From NCBI GenBank assembly GCA_964187785.1, contig OZ076409.1, positions 6,388,001-6,452,000 of the forward strand: a stretch of 64,000 nucleotides of DNA, written 5' to 3'. The number at the start of each line of letters is the position of its first letter. Positions within the stretch are counted from its first letter, which is position 1. Positions 12,414-25,199 of this stretch are shown here, in pieces. The notes under the pieces are model-generated. The model was given only the letters and a program-made list of their open reading frames with translations. It searched no databases and was not told where the DNA came from. This DNA is from Amphiscolops sp. MND2022. Taxonomy: Eukaryota. The position numbers and the translations under genes are program-made.

Positions 12414-13454
12414 TGTATGTTACATATGATGTCTTTCTAACTCTGACACGATTAGTCCTACTCAATGCCTTAGTTCTGGTTTTCTTCTATCTTATCAAAT
12501 GGTGTCAGTGAAACCTTTCGTTCACTACTCTCGAAAACTGTTGAATTGGGGAATGGAAGAATGTTTGAACAGATCTAAATTGACCACTCAGTCGTACTCA
12601 TAATTCTCCCTGTTCGATATTTTTAGTCGGCGCTTCATGAAGTGAAACGCGACTATTATAGTGACTCTTTTTTTTCTATCCAAAATGAGGATGAAATAGA
12701 CCAACCACAATATGGGTTATGTTGTGAACACTGCCCCTGAAATAGAATTGTAATTTTATTTTATGGCTGATGTAAAAAAGCAATAAATGTTTTTGACGAT
12801 ATTAGAATTTTTTCTCACAATTGTTTGGCTCGATTCATCTCCAAAAACCTCAAACAGTTATAATTATCATCAGATCAATTGAAACGGAGCCCATTTTTAG
12901 GCGTTGTAAAATGCGAAATACCAAATCGGAGTTAACTAAATCTATCGACGATGTATAGTGATCGTTTCGCAACTGATTCTTCGTTCCAGTCCGTTCAAAA
13001 GAAGCCCAATAATTGGTCAATCTTATCCTTCCCATGATTGGAAGCATAAGATTGACCAAATTTGGGTTTCGATTCAAGTTAGCTGTGATATTTCCGAGTA
13101 ACTATGCGCATTCTAGTAGAAGTTTACATGAGGAAAATTCGTTGATAATATACTTTTGGCGCCAGCAAATCCTTCGTGTAGCAGTCAGGGCCTTTGGTTG
13201 GCAGTAATTTCGTTTGACAAGAAATCAATTATCCTGGCACTAGTTCCGTCGACTTTGCGCAAAAGCATTTTGCATCTAAACTCTGGCAATAATGTAGGTG
13301 CAAAAAAATACGTTTGCCAGGTACAATTATACATTTAATTTACGTTAGGCAACCACGATAAAAACCAAACAAAAGAAATTGAAAGTGAAGGTTGCACCGA
13401 GTGGAGTGGAAGTCAACAATTAATTCCTTTTTTACCTAGATTTACCTAGAATAT

Positions 13455-13723
13455 TGTACTGACGTACATTAATAACCAATAGTTTTTAGATGTTTATAGA
13501 ACGTTCTAGAATGTACATTTATTTGTTATTGAATGATTGTAAATCTCTACTCCCTCAGAGAGAGAAAACTAATAATCAGTATTCAGTTGACTTCCTTTTT
13601 GTTCTGCTTCTAACACCTCGAACTAGTTGTAATAAAGTAAGCTAGCTAGCCTGTCTCTCAGCCGCTTTTAGTAGTTGTGAATAAGACCATCCAAAGAAGT
13701 AACCAACCATTAAAAGCAGAACA
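13455..13723 (+). repeat. 5' LTR (269 bp)
   Basis: TGTACTGAC...GCAGAACA; near-identical to 31454-31721 (8 substitutions and 1 indel by eye); contains AATAAA. Confidence 0.95.
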
Positions 13724-13726
13724 ATT

Positions 13727-13740
13727 TGGTGCGACTTGTA
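13727..13740 (+). promoter_or_regulatory. Primer binding site (TGGTGCGAC...)
   Basis: TGG, the complement of tRNA CCA, lies 3 nt downstream of the 5' LTR; cognate tRNA not identified. Confidence 0.65.
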
Positions 13741-15217
13741 GAATTTCTTGCCTTTTCTCCTGGATGATTTCTCTTCTCTCAACAATCATACAAATACCAC
13801 TCTCCATATTTGAAATTCTCTGGAATTGCAGTGAAATCTTTCTAGAATTCCTTGAAAGTTTAGTCTGTGACTTTCTGAATTTCATCAATAAATACATCAT
13901 CGTTCGAAACACAATTTCTCCACTACAAAAATCAATTTAAATATAACAAATTTTCTTCACTACCGGTTTATCACGTTTTCTAACACGTTGACACGGTTCT
14001 TCTTCCTGTTCTTTTGCCATACCGGTTTATCACGTTTTCCAATACGTTGAAACGGTTTCATTTCGGTTTGATTTATCCAAAGTGACACAGTTCTGTTCTC
14101 TATACTGATTTATCACAGCTAATCCGGAAGCTTGTTGAAACATTTTTTTGACGTTTGTCTGGTTTATCAAGGTTTTCTAACACCTTTGACGCAGCAACTT
14201 TCTTCAATCCTGCTATCTTGAACGTCAGGTGGACTCCTGGTGTAATAGTTGATTGAGTGCATGTCCAGCTCCGCTCACCTATAAGCACATACGTCTCAAG
14301 ATCAACTTCGTGTTGGCAGAAAACCTGGAATTTCTACTTTTACGTTTCGGATCCATTTTCTACGAAAATTCCTACAAACTAGTTTTCAGAAATAGACTCT
14401 GAATACAAAAAAAGTCAACCAAGAATATCTACAACAAACGATCAGGCACTATTCCATTTTTTTTCCAATTGTCGACATCCAATACAAATAATTTCACAAA
14501 AATTTAAACAATACAAATAACTTCAAAACCTAAATACAACAAAAATTACAAACCAATATACACTTAACATTATATCTAGTACTTCCAATAGTAATAATTT
14601 TAACATAATCCTACAAATCAATTATTTTAACAAAATACCACATACAATTCTCACAACTCTTTTGCTTTAAAGTTTAAAATAAGGCATGTAAATAACACAA
14701 ACACAGTAAAGTTAGTTTTCTACTTTCAGGCACCCACAATTCCTATCCCCTCCCGTAAGACTTAGCCAATCAGACAGCCTCACCAGCTTACTCTGATTCT
14801 AAGACTGACTAAAAACCTTAGTTAAGTGTAAACGTCTTTAAGGAGAATCGAGAGGACACCGAACTACGTTCGAATCTTCAAAATTCTCAGAAAGTATAAG
14901 TAAAAGTAAAAGAAACAAAGATCAAACTTTGATCTTGATCAGTATTGATCAGACTTTGGATAGTGGACGTTGATTGTTCAGAGTTCCACTCCCTTAGCCT
15001 TAAAACACACAACCCACTTAAAATTAAAACAATCTTAGTTTTTCTGGACGTGTCAGTAACCTTATGTTAGACACCTTAAAGTGATCCAGACTTAAAATAA
15101 CATTTAGTTTCTGTTAGCAATCCTTTGAGGTTGAATACAGATCCTACTGCATCCGCTTCTTTTCTCTATCCAAAACTATTAACTTCTCAAACAACATCAA
15201 ATTATAATACAAAGTAT

Positions 15218-15554
15218 ATGAACCCTAACATATACAACCAAGCAATTATCCCTTTCAACTTTTACATTCCGCCAATTAGCTCCCTTCAAAATCCTACAGC
15301 AAACGATTTTGAAAGATTATTTGAACGATATCAACAATATTTTTTCTTTATCATAAATCAACAACGACATTACCCAAGAGCTCCAACTTAGAAAATATCT
15401 ATAAAAAACAATTGCAACGTTCTCACCTTCACATTATAACATGTGGGAAAAGGTTACCACAGTAGTACTCATTACAACTTACACGTTTTGTGTCTTATTT
15501 ATAGTTTGTGTTCTTCTTGAAAAAATACTTACGGTGATAAGAGACAAACTTTAG
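15218..15554 (+). pseudogene. Small pre-gag ORF with a C-terminal transmembrane segment (probably frameshifted)
   Basis: MNPNIYNQAIIPFNFYIPP... (15218) and MWEKVTTVVLITTYTFCVLFIVCVLLEKILTVIRDKL* (15441-15554), which ends 4 nt before the gag ATG. Confidence 0.45.
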
Positions 15555-15558
15555 AAAA

Positions 15559-18500
15559 ATGTCCTTAACAACAACCTATTTACCTTTTCAAACCCCCATC
15601 ATTAAAAATGCAAAAGTTGTAAAATTAGAACTAAACCCATTCCTACAAAACATTATTTCACATTATACACAACCACTCCCATTTGAAAATGAACCACACA
15701 CAATTGAAACAATCCCTCTTATTAGAGAACATTTGGACACATACCTTTTCTATATTAGATACAAAGTTTTAACAATCACCGAAGAATACCCAACTTTTCA
15801 AATCTCCTTTCTTCAACAAAGACTTAACTCATCTCATATATACAGAAGAACAATAAACCCAATAAACCTTCAAGTTCCTATTAAACAAGTTTTTCATGCT
15901 TTTCTAAACAATGTAAAAGACCACAACTTAGCACAGGAAATTCCAAAAATTAGTCCAAATGCACTCGACGACCTTCAACGATACATAGACAATTTCGACG
16001 TAGAAATTATTGAAAGATTAGTTAATCCTGAAGACAATCCCCATCATTGGTTACAAGCTGATATTTTACGAATTCAAAATTTCATCTACCATTACTTCAA
16101 AGACTTAACATTAAATGACCAAACAATTCCTCAGATCAAAGTAATATCTTAATTTCTCAGAAAATACTTCAGATTTAATTATCAACTATTATGGTCACAA
16201 CAAGATCAATCTGCTTTTACAGCATTTCCAAATCATTTTACACTAGAAGAATGTTTACCATTCATCATCAGTGAACAAAATGAACATCCTTACTTTCATA
16301 AACCACAATCAATCACAAAACAAACCTTAGATTACATACGTTTTGATCCTCTATTAATTACAGAAAATGATCTATTTGCAGACAATAGACCTTACCACTA
16401 TGAACAAAATTCTCAAGATCAACAAAATTTACATTTTAACACTAACAATTCTACTGAAGATGATAACACCGATCAGGAAAATACAACCCAACAACAAAAC
16501 CAACCTGAAAACTATAACGATAATGAGTTTACTACCCAAGAATCTACAATTTCAACACATAATCCATCACAAACAGGGACATCAACATCAGTACATACTC
16601 AATCTTTTAGAGTTCCCACTAGAGTTGTAAACAAAAGACAAACTACACATAGTCCTCAATCTCACTTAGCTACATCTCCAAACCGTAATATAACATTTAA
16701 CCTTCCACATACAGATGACACACACGATGAAACCCATGATACATTACAGGATGATATTCTGACTACATCTAGTGCTCAGAATACTTCTGTTAATGTTGCA
16801 TCTCCAACAAGAACTGATCCTGATTATACAAGATACATCACTCGACCTAGACATGATCCTCCATCAATTCCCTCCGCCTTTCGCTCAAACATATCGACCT
16901 CTTCCAACAACAATTTTAATGATAATCCCCAAACTTCCAATCGATATTACGATCCATTTAATTATAACTTTTATCCTCCATCAAATACATCTAACAATAC
17001 AAATACCAACCAACATCACTCTCAAATTAATACAACTTCAACAACACAAAACCCTTTCATACAATTATCAAATACCAATACTTCACAGAATATATATTCT
17101 CAAAATCAAGGAACCTCGTATACTTCCACTTCTTATTCTAATATCACACAGGATTCTCAAAGAAGACTTCATAATCCTCCACTTACACATATACCAACTG
17201 ATCCTCTGTATCAAATGCATCCAAATCCAAATCCTAACCCTAATCCTAATCCATTACCACCAAATACAATCCAACATATACCTCCTCAACTCACACAACA
17301 ATTAGCCCCTCCACCCCAAAATTTACAAATGCCACAAGATACCTTTATAAACATGTCCGCTTCAATACCAGAACCTATGAAACCTTTTGATGGTTTGGAC
17401 CATTCTTATACCCCTGAAGATTATCTACAACAAGTCGAAGCAAGATTAACCTTCGCCATAGGTGAAGAACCTCAAAATAATGCAATAAAACACAAATCTT
17501 GGCATAACAGACGCATGGCTTACATACAATGTTCATTAACAGGAACAGCTCTCGATTGGTACACTAACCTCCATATATCATATAAACAACAATGGAATTC
17601 TTCTGTACATTTATTCAAAAAACAATTCTCATCTCAAAAAACTGCTTACCACGCTCAAGTAGAAGCTATGTCACTCATGAAAAGGATAATGAAACAGTTC
17701 GCCATTTCGCCCTTAGAGTACAACAATTAGTGAAAAAGGGATGGTGTAATGGAAATGCAGCTACCATAAATCTCAAAAATAATGAAATCTTTACAAAAGG
17801 GTTACCAAAAAAGTTAAAAGATTTTGCCCATAAACGACAAGTTAAACATGTATCAACATTACTTGAACCTTCAATACCATTTCACACACTTGTTAGACAT
17901 GTCGATTCTGAAGATATTGCTAATGAAAAAATTAGAACTAACGACTTAGCTCTAGAAATAAACAAAGTATCGCTTGAAGATGATACTAACAAAAAAGAAT
18001 TTGAAGATGAAGATCAGATAATGGTTACTCAATCTGGAGACCCAAATCACAAAAGCAAACCAGCGTATAGAAAATATTGTTCCTATTGTCACAAAAATAA
18101 TCATAGTATTTCAAATTGTTATCAAAAACAACGTGATGACGAATACCAGAAATACAATAACCAAAGATCACGAACTCCTCAACAATCCTTTGTACAATAT
18201 TTTCGCAGTAAACCTAGTAATCCTCAAGAAAATCGAAATGACAATACAAATCCTTACTCCTCAGATAATGATCGTAATAAATATAATCAAAATTACTATA
18301 ATGATAGATACAGAAACAATGATAGATATCGTAGCAATAGTGGAGAATATTCGCAAAACAACTATAGATCAAACTCTCGACAAAGCTATTATAATCGATC
18401 CCGAAGTCCGTATAGATCTCGATTTGATAATTATTATCAAAGAAGAACTCCATCTAGATCTCCATATAGATCTCCATACAGAACTAACTCAAATTACAGA

Positions 18501-18720
18501 TATAATTCTCGCTCAAGATACAGATCTCGTTCTCAATCACAAGGAAACTCCTTTAAACGATATAATTATCCATATAGATCTCCATCAAGACCTAGAGATT
18601 TTAGATCAAGATCTAGAACACCCTCAAGAAACAGACAACAAAACAGAATAAATCAAGTAGACGTTAAATCTGCAAAAGAAAATGATAGTACAAAATTTGA
18701 AATCCACACCTGTCAAATAA
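15559..18720 (+). pseudogene. gag: Gag: ~550-aa N-terminal extension, capsid-like domain, CCHC knuckle, RS-rich tail
   Basis: ATG 15559 is in frame with the 17215 ORF across a stop at 16150. Motifs PFDGLDHSYTPEDYLQQVE..SLTGTALDWY, CSYCHKNNHSISNC and RSRSPYRS repeats; frameshift near 17680. Confidence 0.85.
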
Positions 18721-21700
18721 CTGAAATAGCTAATACAATCACTCCTTATAGTTGGTTTTATCCACTATGTATTCACGCTTCTGAAACAAATGATAACATA
18801 TTACCTTCAAAATTAGAAAGCTTATTCCTCTTAGATACTGGAGCATCCATATCTGTTTTGAATTTACCAACATTTCATGTAATTTCCAAACAATTAAACA
18901 TCAATGTTCCAACTAACCTCCAAAACAAAAGAGCCAAAACTCTTACAGTTGCAAACCAAACTGAAGTACCAATAATACATTATATTTCGATGACCTGTTT
19001 CACTGAAGTAAATCACAAAATACGATCCTTCAATATCGATTTCGCTGTAGCAAATATCAAATACAACATTCTTGGAACACCCTTTTTCAAAAAACACATC
19101 CAAAATATTGATTTTCAACAAAATATTATGACGTACATAGAACAACATCCAAAGCTTCCAACAAAAACAACATTTTCTACATTTACAGAAAAAGATTACC
19201 CATATATTTCTTACATTTATGCTATTAAAGTGAGGAACCAATTCACTTTAAACCAAGGTCAGGAAAAACCATACATTTCCCAATTAAAAACTATTCAAAT
19301 CTACATTTTGAACTTGAAGATAATACAAAATTCTATTCAACAAACCCATATACATATTTCTTACAAAAATTCAAAAATATCTTTCTTTTCTTAGATATGA
19401 TAGTCAATGAAAAAAACAAAGACTCATGTGCAACCATAATTCAAAACTTTACATCTTACCCAGCTACATTACCACGAGGAATTTTTGGATATATAGAAAT
19501 ACCTATTACTCAAACAACTCCTCCTCACTACAGAGTAACGATGTAAATTCACTTATTCACTCTGTAATGCATGCGTATCACCCTGATACCACAACTCCGA
19601 TTAAACAAAATCCTTATGTAGATATGAACTTATGTACTAGGGTAACACCACAATCCCTATTAGAAATTAACAAGATAGAAATCAACGACAAAACACTTCA
19701 ACTTCCTATACCTTCTGTTACTGGAAACCTTCGACCCTCAGATAAAATTCGAAAAGATTTCCCTCCATTACCCTATTCTACAGAAAATCAACAATTCATA
19801 AAGAAGTTCAGTTTTGAATACTCAGATTTAACCGATACAGAATATGTAAACCTCTCCAATATTCTGATTGATAACCAAAATTGTTACGCCAAACTTAAGA
19901 ACGACGTAGGAAAGATTTCTACTCCCTTTCGAATTAGAATAAAAGATAATTGTAAACTTCACACACAAAGACCTTCTAAAGTACCTATTCACTATAGAGA
20001 TAGACTAAAAAAACTTTTATTAGAACTTGAAAAATACAACATCATAAAACAAATTGGTTCAACAACAGATGAAAGACATACTATTGGAACAACATTTTTA
20101 AACCCTTTAATTTTTATCCCAAAAGGAGACGCAATAAAAGTTGTTTTAGACGCAAGACATCTAAACTCAAACACTAACCAAGAACTTGAATCTTGGCCTA
20201 TTGAACCTTTAGCTCCTCAATTAGCTAGAGCCAAAAAAAATACAAATCAACTATTGATCTAATGTATGCATATGCTCATACACCATTAGACGAAGAAACA
20301 ATTAAACTTACAAGATTTTCATCCGGTGACAAATTATACGCTTTTATCCGTGGATTTTATGGATTAAAAGGACTTCCAAACTTTTTTACAAAACAAATGT
20401 CAACTTTCTTTAGATCGCTTATAGACAAACGTTCTGCGTTAGTTTATATCGATGATATTTTATTACTCGCAAACGAAAAACAAGAAATGTTTGAACTTAT
20501 AAAAGAATTACATACAATAGCATCTCGAGAAAATCTCAAACTTGCACCTGAAAAATCATTCTACATGTTACTCAAAGTAAAATTCCTTGGACATGAAATT
20601 GGTAACAACACAATTAAACTAATTCCATCCAAAATTGATGCTAATAAAAGAATTCCATCACCAAAAGAAAAGAAAGATGTTACGCAATTTCTTGGCAGTG
20701 TTAACTTTTATTCAAAATTCATTGAAAAACTTCATATAAACCCTAAACCATTGTATACATTACTACATGATGATGTTAAATTTCAATGGACACCTGAATT
20801 AGAAAAAATATTTCAAAATGTTAAAAATACAATGACAGCAAACACTGAATTAACAATACCCAACACCACGCATCCATTTTTCATAACAGTAGATGCTTCG
20901 TTAGTAGGTTTAGGCGCAGTCTTATTCCAAATGAACGAAGAAAAGAAGATGAAAGTAATCTCTTATAACTCCAGAATTCTTAACACACAAGAACAAAAAC
21001 TTTCAACTTTAGATAGAGAACTTCTTGCAATAGTTTACGCATTGCAAATATATGAATTTTCGATCATTGGATCTCCTCATCCTATATACCTCTTCACAGA
21101 TCACAAGCCTTTACTACATTGTTTCACAAAGAAAGGAAGTCTTAGTCCTAGATTCTATAGAGCACAAATGCAACTAACAAAATTCTCCAAACTAAAAATC
21201 ATTCATACCCCTGGAAAAAATTTAACTGTAGCAGATATGCTTTCACGAACCTTTACAAAAGCACAGCTACAAGTACACCAATTACGACACAAACAATTAC
21301 CACCTCAAATAGATTTCTCTATCATGAAAGATAATCAACTCAAACCAGTACATTATTTAGTAAAACATGAAGAAATAAAATATAATCAAAAGAATGATTG
21401 TCATCCTATCCTTGCTGACTACGGAGACGACCAATTCTCTATCCGTATAAATAACAAAGGAGAAGAAATACACATAAAGCCTTTAGATTCCTTCTCTTTT
21501 CAATCTATTGTTCCATTCGAATCAAAATATAAAAAGCCTACAAAAAACCAAGCAAAATCTCTTTTACAACAATCGACAATTCTTAATGATACTGACATTC
21601 TTAGTGATGAAGATGAAATAACTCAATCAAATAATATTCAACAACAAAACTCAGACATAGTTAAAGAACACACCCTTGCTATACAATATCCTACCAAATC

Positions 21701-23564
21701 CGACTATTGTAAACAACAAGTTCCATTTTTTGATATTTTAAATACTTCTTCCTACCAGAAGATACACAAATAACCATTGAAACAATAAAAGCTCAACAAA
21801 ACCAAGATACTGTTTTACAAAAGGTTTACCAATGGATACTTAATAATGAAAGACCCTTACAAACAGACCCAACAATTGCAGCTAATTCTTTCTTATTAGT
21901 ATATCACAAAATCTTCAACCAATTATATATTAATCATGATACAAAAATTATCCACACAGATTATCCTAATCTTCACGATTCCAACCCGAATCAAAGAGAC
22001 AAAATATGTCTACCATTTAAACTTTTCCACGCAGCTTTTAACAAACTTCATGCTCATGGACATTCAGGAATAAAAATATCCAACAAAGCTTTCAACCAAT
22101 TTTACTTCATACCGTACTTGAATAAATGGATGTCAATATTCATCCATGATTGTATTGAATGCCAACAAAATAAACATATTAACCAAAAATTACAAACTGC
22201 AACTATACAAACCTTCTCAGGAAATGCTTCATATTTTAATTACCGAATATCAATGGATACAAAAGGACCTATAAACCCACCATCAAATCAAAATTCATAC
22301 ATTCATGTTATAGTAGACGCTTTTAGTCACATTGTAGTAACAGTACCTATAAAACAAAACAATGCTCAAAACGCTGTTAACTCATTACTACATCATTGGA
22401 TAACAAAATTTGGACCTCCTGTATATCTAGTTACCGACCGTGGAACAGAATACATTAATTCAGAATTTGCAAATCTTTGTACCACAATGGGAATTAGACA
22501 TTCACCAAGAACTCCTTATGCACCATGGACAAATGGTTTAGTTGAAAATCAAAACAGAAATCTTGGAACTCATCTCAGACTTTTCTTACATAACACTCCA
22601 GAAAATTGGTCAACTCAAGTTCATATGTATGCTTATGCACATAATTCACAACCACTTTCTGAATCAAACTTATCTCCATATGAAATAGTATTCCATACTA
22701 TACCCAGAATTCCAATCAACTTTGAACTCAATCTCCAAAGAGATACATATAGAAACTGTACTTCTCAATATTTTCAAGAAATACCACTTCATACACACTA
22801 TGACAAATCAAATCTAAACCCTTTCTTTCATAAAATTTTATCTAAATCAATTCCACAATGGATCTTAGCTACTGAAACTGCTATGATACAGATATACCAT
22901 AGAGTATATCAAAACACAAAAAGAAAGATTAATTCCTATGCTTATTTTAACAAAACATATCACAATGCAAGACCCTTAGATATTGGTACATTTGTACTAA
23001 ATGAAATTTTCTCCATGTTTATTTTTCCGATAAATTAAAACCTCTCAGAATTGGCCCATTCAAAATTATTAACAAAATCTCCGACATAACATATGAAATT
23101 GTTAATCAAGATGGTTATACATCGCACATACATAGAAATCATTTAATTCCTTATCATCCAAAAGAACCAGTTATTTTTCCTTTCCTACAACAATATAATC
23201 CTCATTTATTTAATGACTGTCATTCAAATATGAACGATCAAACAATTAACTCTGATGAAGACAAATTTACTGACGAAGAACAATTTCCTTCCACAACATC
23301 TAATAAAGAAACGGATATACCATTCACAATTCACTTACAACCAGAATCATTTAGCCAATATTCTTCATTTCCATATAAACAAAAAGAACAAATTCCTCAA
23401 AATACCTACCTGGATAACAAATCAGATATTCATGACTATGATAATTTTATTAATCCCCGATGACATTCCTATAATAGATACAATTTCCGCCCACAACCAA
23501 GAAAAAACTACCGACTTTTCCTTGGTGAAAACGATATAATTTCACTTTCTCAAAAATCCTGCTG
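18721..23564 (+). pseudogene. pol: Pol: protease, RT, RNase H, integrase (several frameshifts and stops)
   Basis: LLDTGAS; VVLDARHLN; LVYIDDILL; ITVDASLVGLGAVL, DRELLA, TDHKPL, VADMLSR; HAHGHSG..CIEC; SMDTKGP, VTDRGTEY, NGLVENQN; C-terminal IGPFKII (GPY/F). Gypsy domain order. Confidence 0.93.
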
Positions 23565-23569
23565 AAATA

Positions 23570-25197
23570 CGGAATACAGAAAAAAGCACACAAAGAAAAT
23601 TTGAAAGAAATGCAAAAGTTTGAAGCTTACTGTGAAACTGAATGAAAAATATTTCACAAAAGATAATAAACGAAAGAAATCGATATGAAACTATAACTAT
23701 TTTATAAATTGAGACAAACTACCTCAACACAAAGATTTCAAAATTGATAGACATATTCACTCGCCATCATCAACCACAAATAACTCTTCTTCTAGTTCAA
23801 CACATTCTCTCCAAAGATTACCTGAATATACAGCATATTTAAACTCAGATACAGACATACTGGATTCCTCATCCTCAAATCCCAGTCCATCCGCTCCATA
23901 TACTCCTGATAGAGTACCAACAACACCCACCAATACACCTATAACCCAAACTCAAACATTAATATTAACAACTCAATCACAACCTATTTCACGAAATCTA
24001 ACATTTGTAGAAACAAATTCACCACTTTCTGACTCCAATGATGAAACACCTACAATACCAAAGACACAAGATACTTCAAATATTTTAAATAGACCTCCTC
24101 TTCCACCGATTACTACCACTCGTTCTATTCATATCCCTGATCCTAGCTCAGTCCTACAATACATGAATTCTTGTCCACATAAAGTACCAACCGCAACGAA
24201 AACAAAAAGAGAAACTCCTTTACCTACATTACCACAAAATCTTGATTTACCATCATCAAGTAATACTCCAATAACATTTTTACCAGAAACTTCATTGAAA
24301 TCACCAACAAAGAAAACACAACAACACCCAACTCCTTCACCATCTGAACTAAGTTCATTCACATTTTCTCAAATATATCCCAAGCTTGAATTACAACGTG
24401 TACATTCAACCAACACCTCTTCTTTAACAGATCTATATCATAAAGATAAAGATTCTGACTCAACTGCTAGTACTAGAGTACCAAGACATAATTATAACCT
24501 TCGATCTCAACATTAAAGAAATTCTCAAGAATTACAATCTTTAACTAGTTCAAGTACAAACTCAAGACTACTTCGACAGCACGCCCAACCCAGATTGGAC
24601 ACTTCTTCTCTTTCCTCATCTCAACCCACTATACCATCTTCTCTATCACTACCATTTCAAATCACATCAGGATTTGAAACAGCTTCTCTTCTTTCTGAAG
24701 AGCCACTAACTATATCAGATAGCGCAGCTAAATTTTCACGAGTTTACTCACCTAGTTCAATAGCATCAAACTCTTCCATACAATTACCTGAATATTTTTT
24801 AGAATATTTCTCAAGACCTCCATCACCAAACCCTCACGAATATCCTATTCGTGTTAATTCAAAAATTGTTTGCACGCTTAACGAAGATCCCCGATACACG
24901 GTCTTACCTGCAAGATTTATAAACAACAGTTCACTCTCAACTCAAAGAAAACAAAGAGAACTACGAAGATTACAAGAACAACAACTCACATTAAAATTTG
25001 AAGTAGAAGTCACATTCAATTCGTTAGGACCTCATCCATTCTCTCTTTCAACAAGAGTAGCACACAAAACAACCCCATCACCATTCGTAGTCACATCCAT
25101 TTCTTACCTTTGTGACGCAGATTTACCTGAGATTAGAACAGGACATATAAACTTTTTTAATCCCTACTCCGGACTCAATTATAGATCAATATTTTAA
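23570..25197 (+). pseudogene. Pro/Ser/Thr-rich accessory ORF between pol and env (interrupted)
   Basis: ORF pieces 24163-24516 and 24595-25197 share one frame; ends 2 nt before the env ATG. The 5' boundary is approximate. Confidence 0.6.
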
Positions 25198-25199
25198 CC

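Noticed and set aside
16367..18651. Alternative-frame Ile/Leu-rich ORFs within gag (16367, 16772, 18133)
   Set aside because: Shadow frames caused by the strong A/C-rich, G-poor strand bias.
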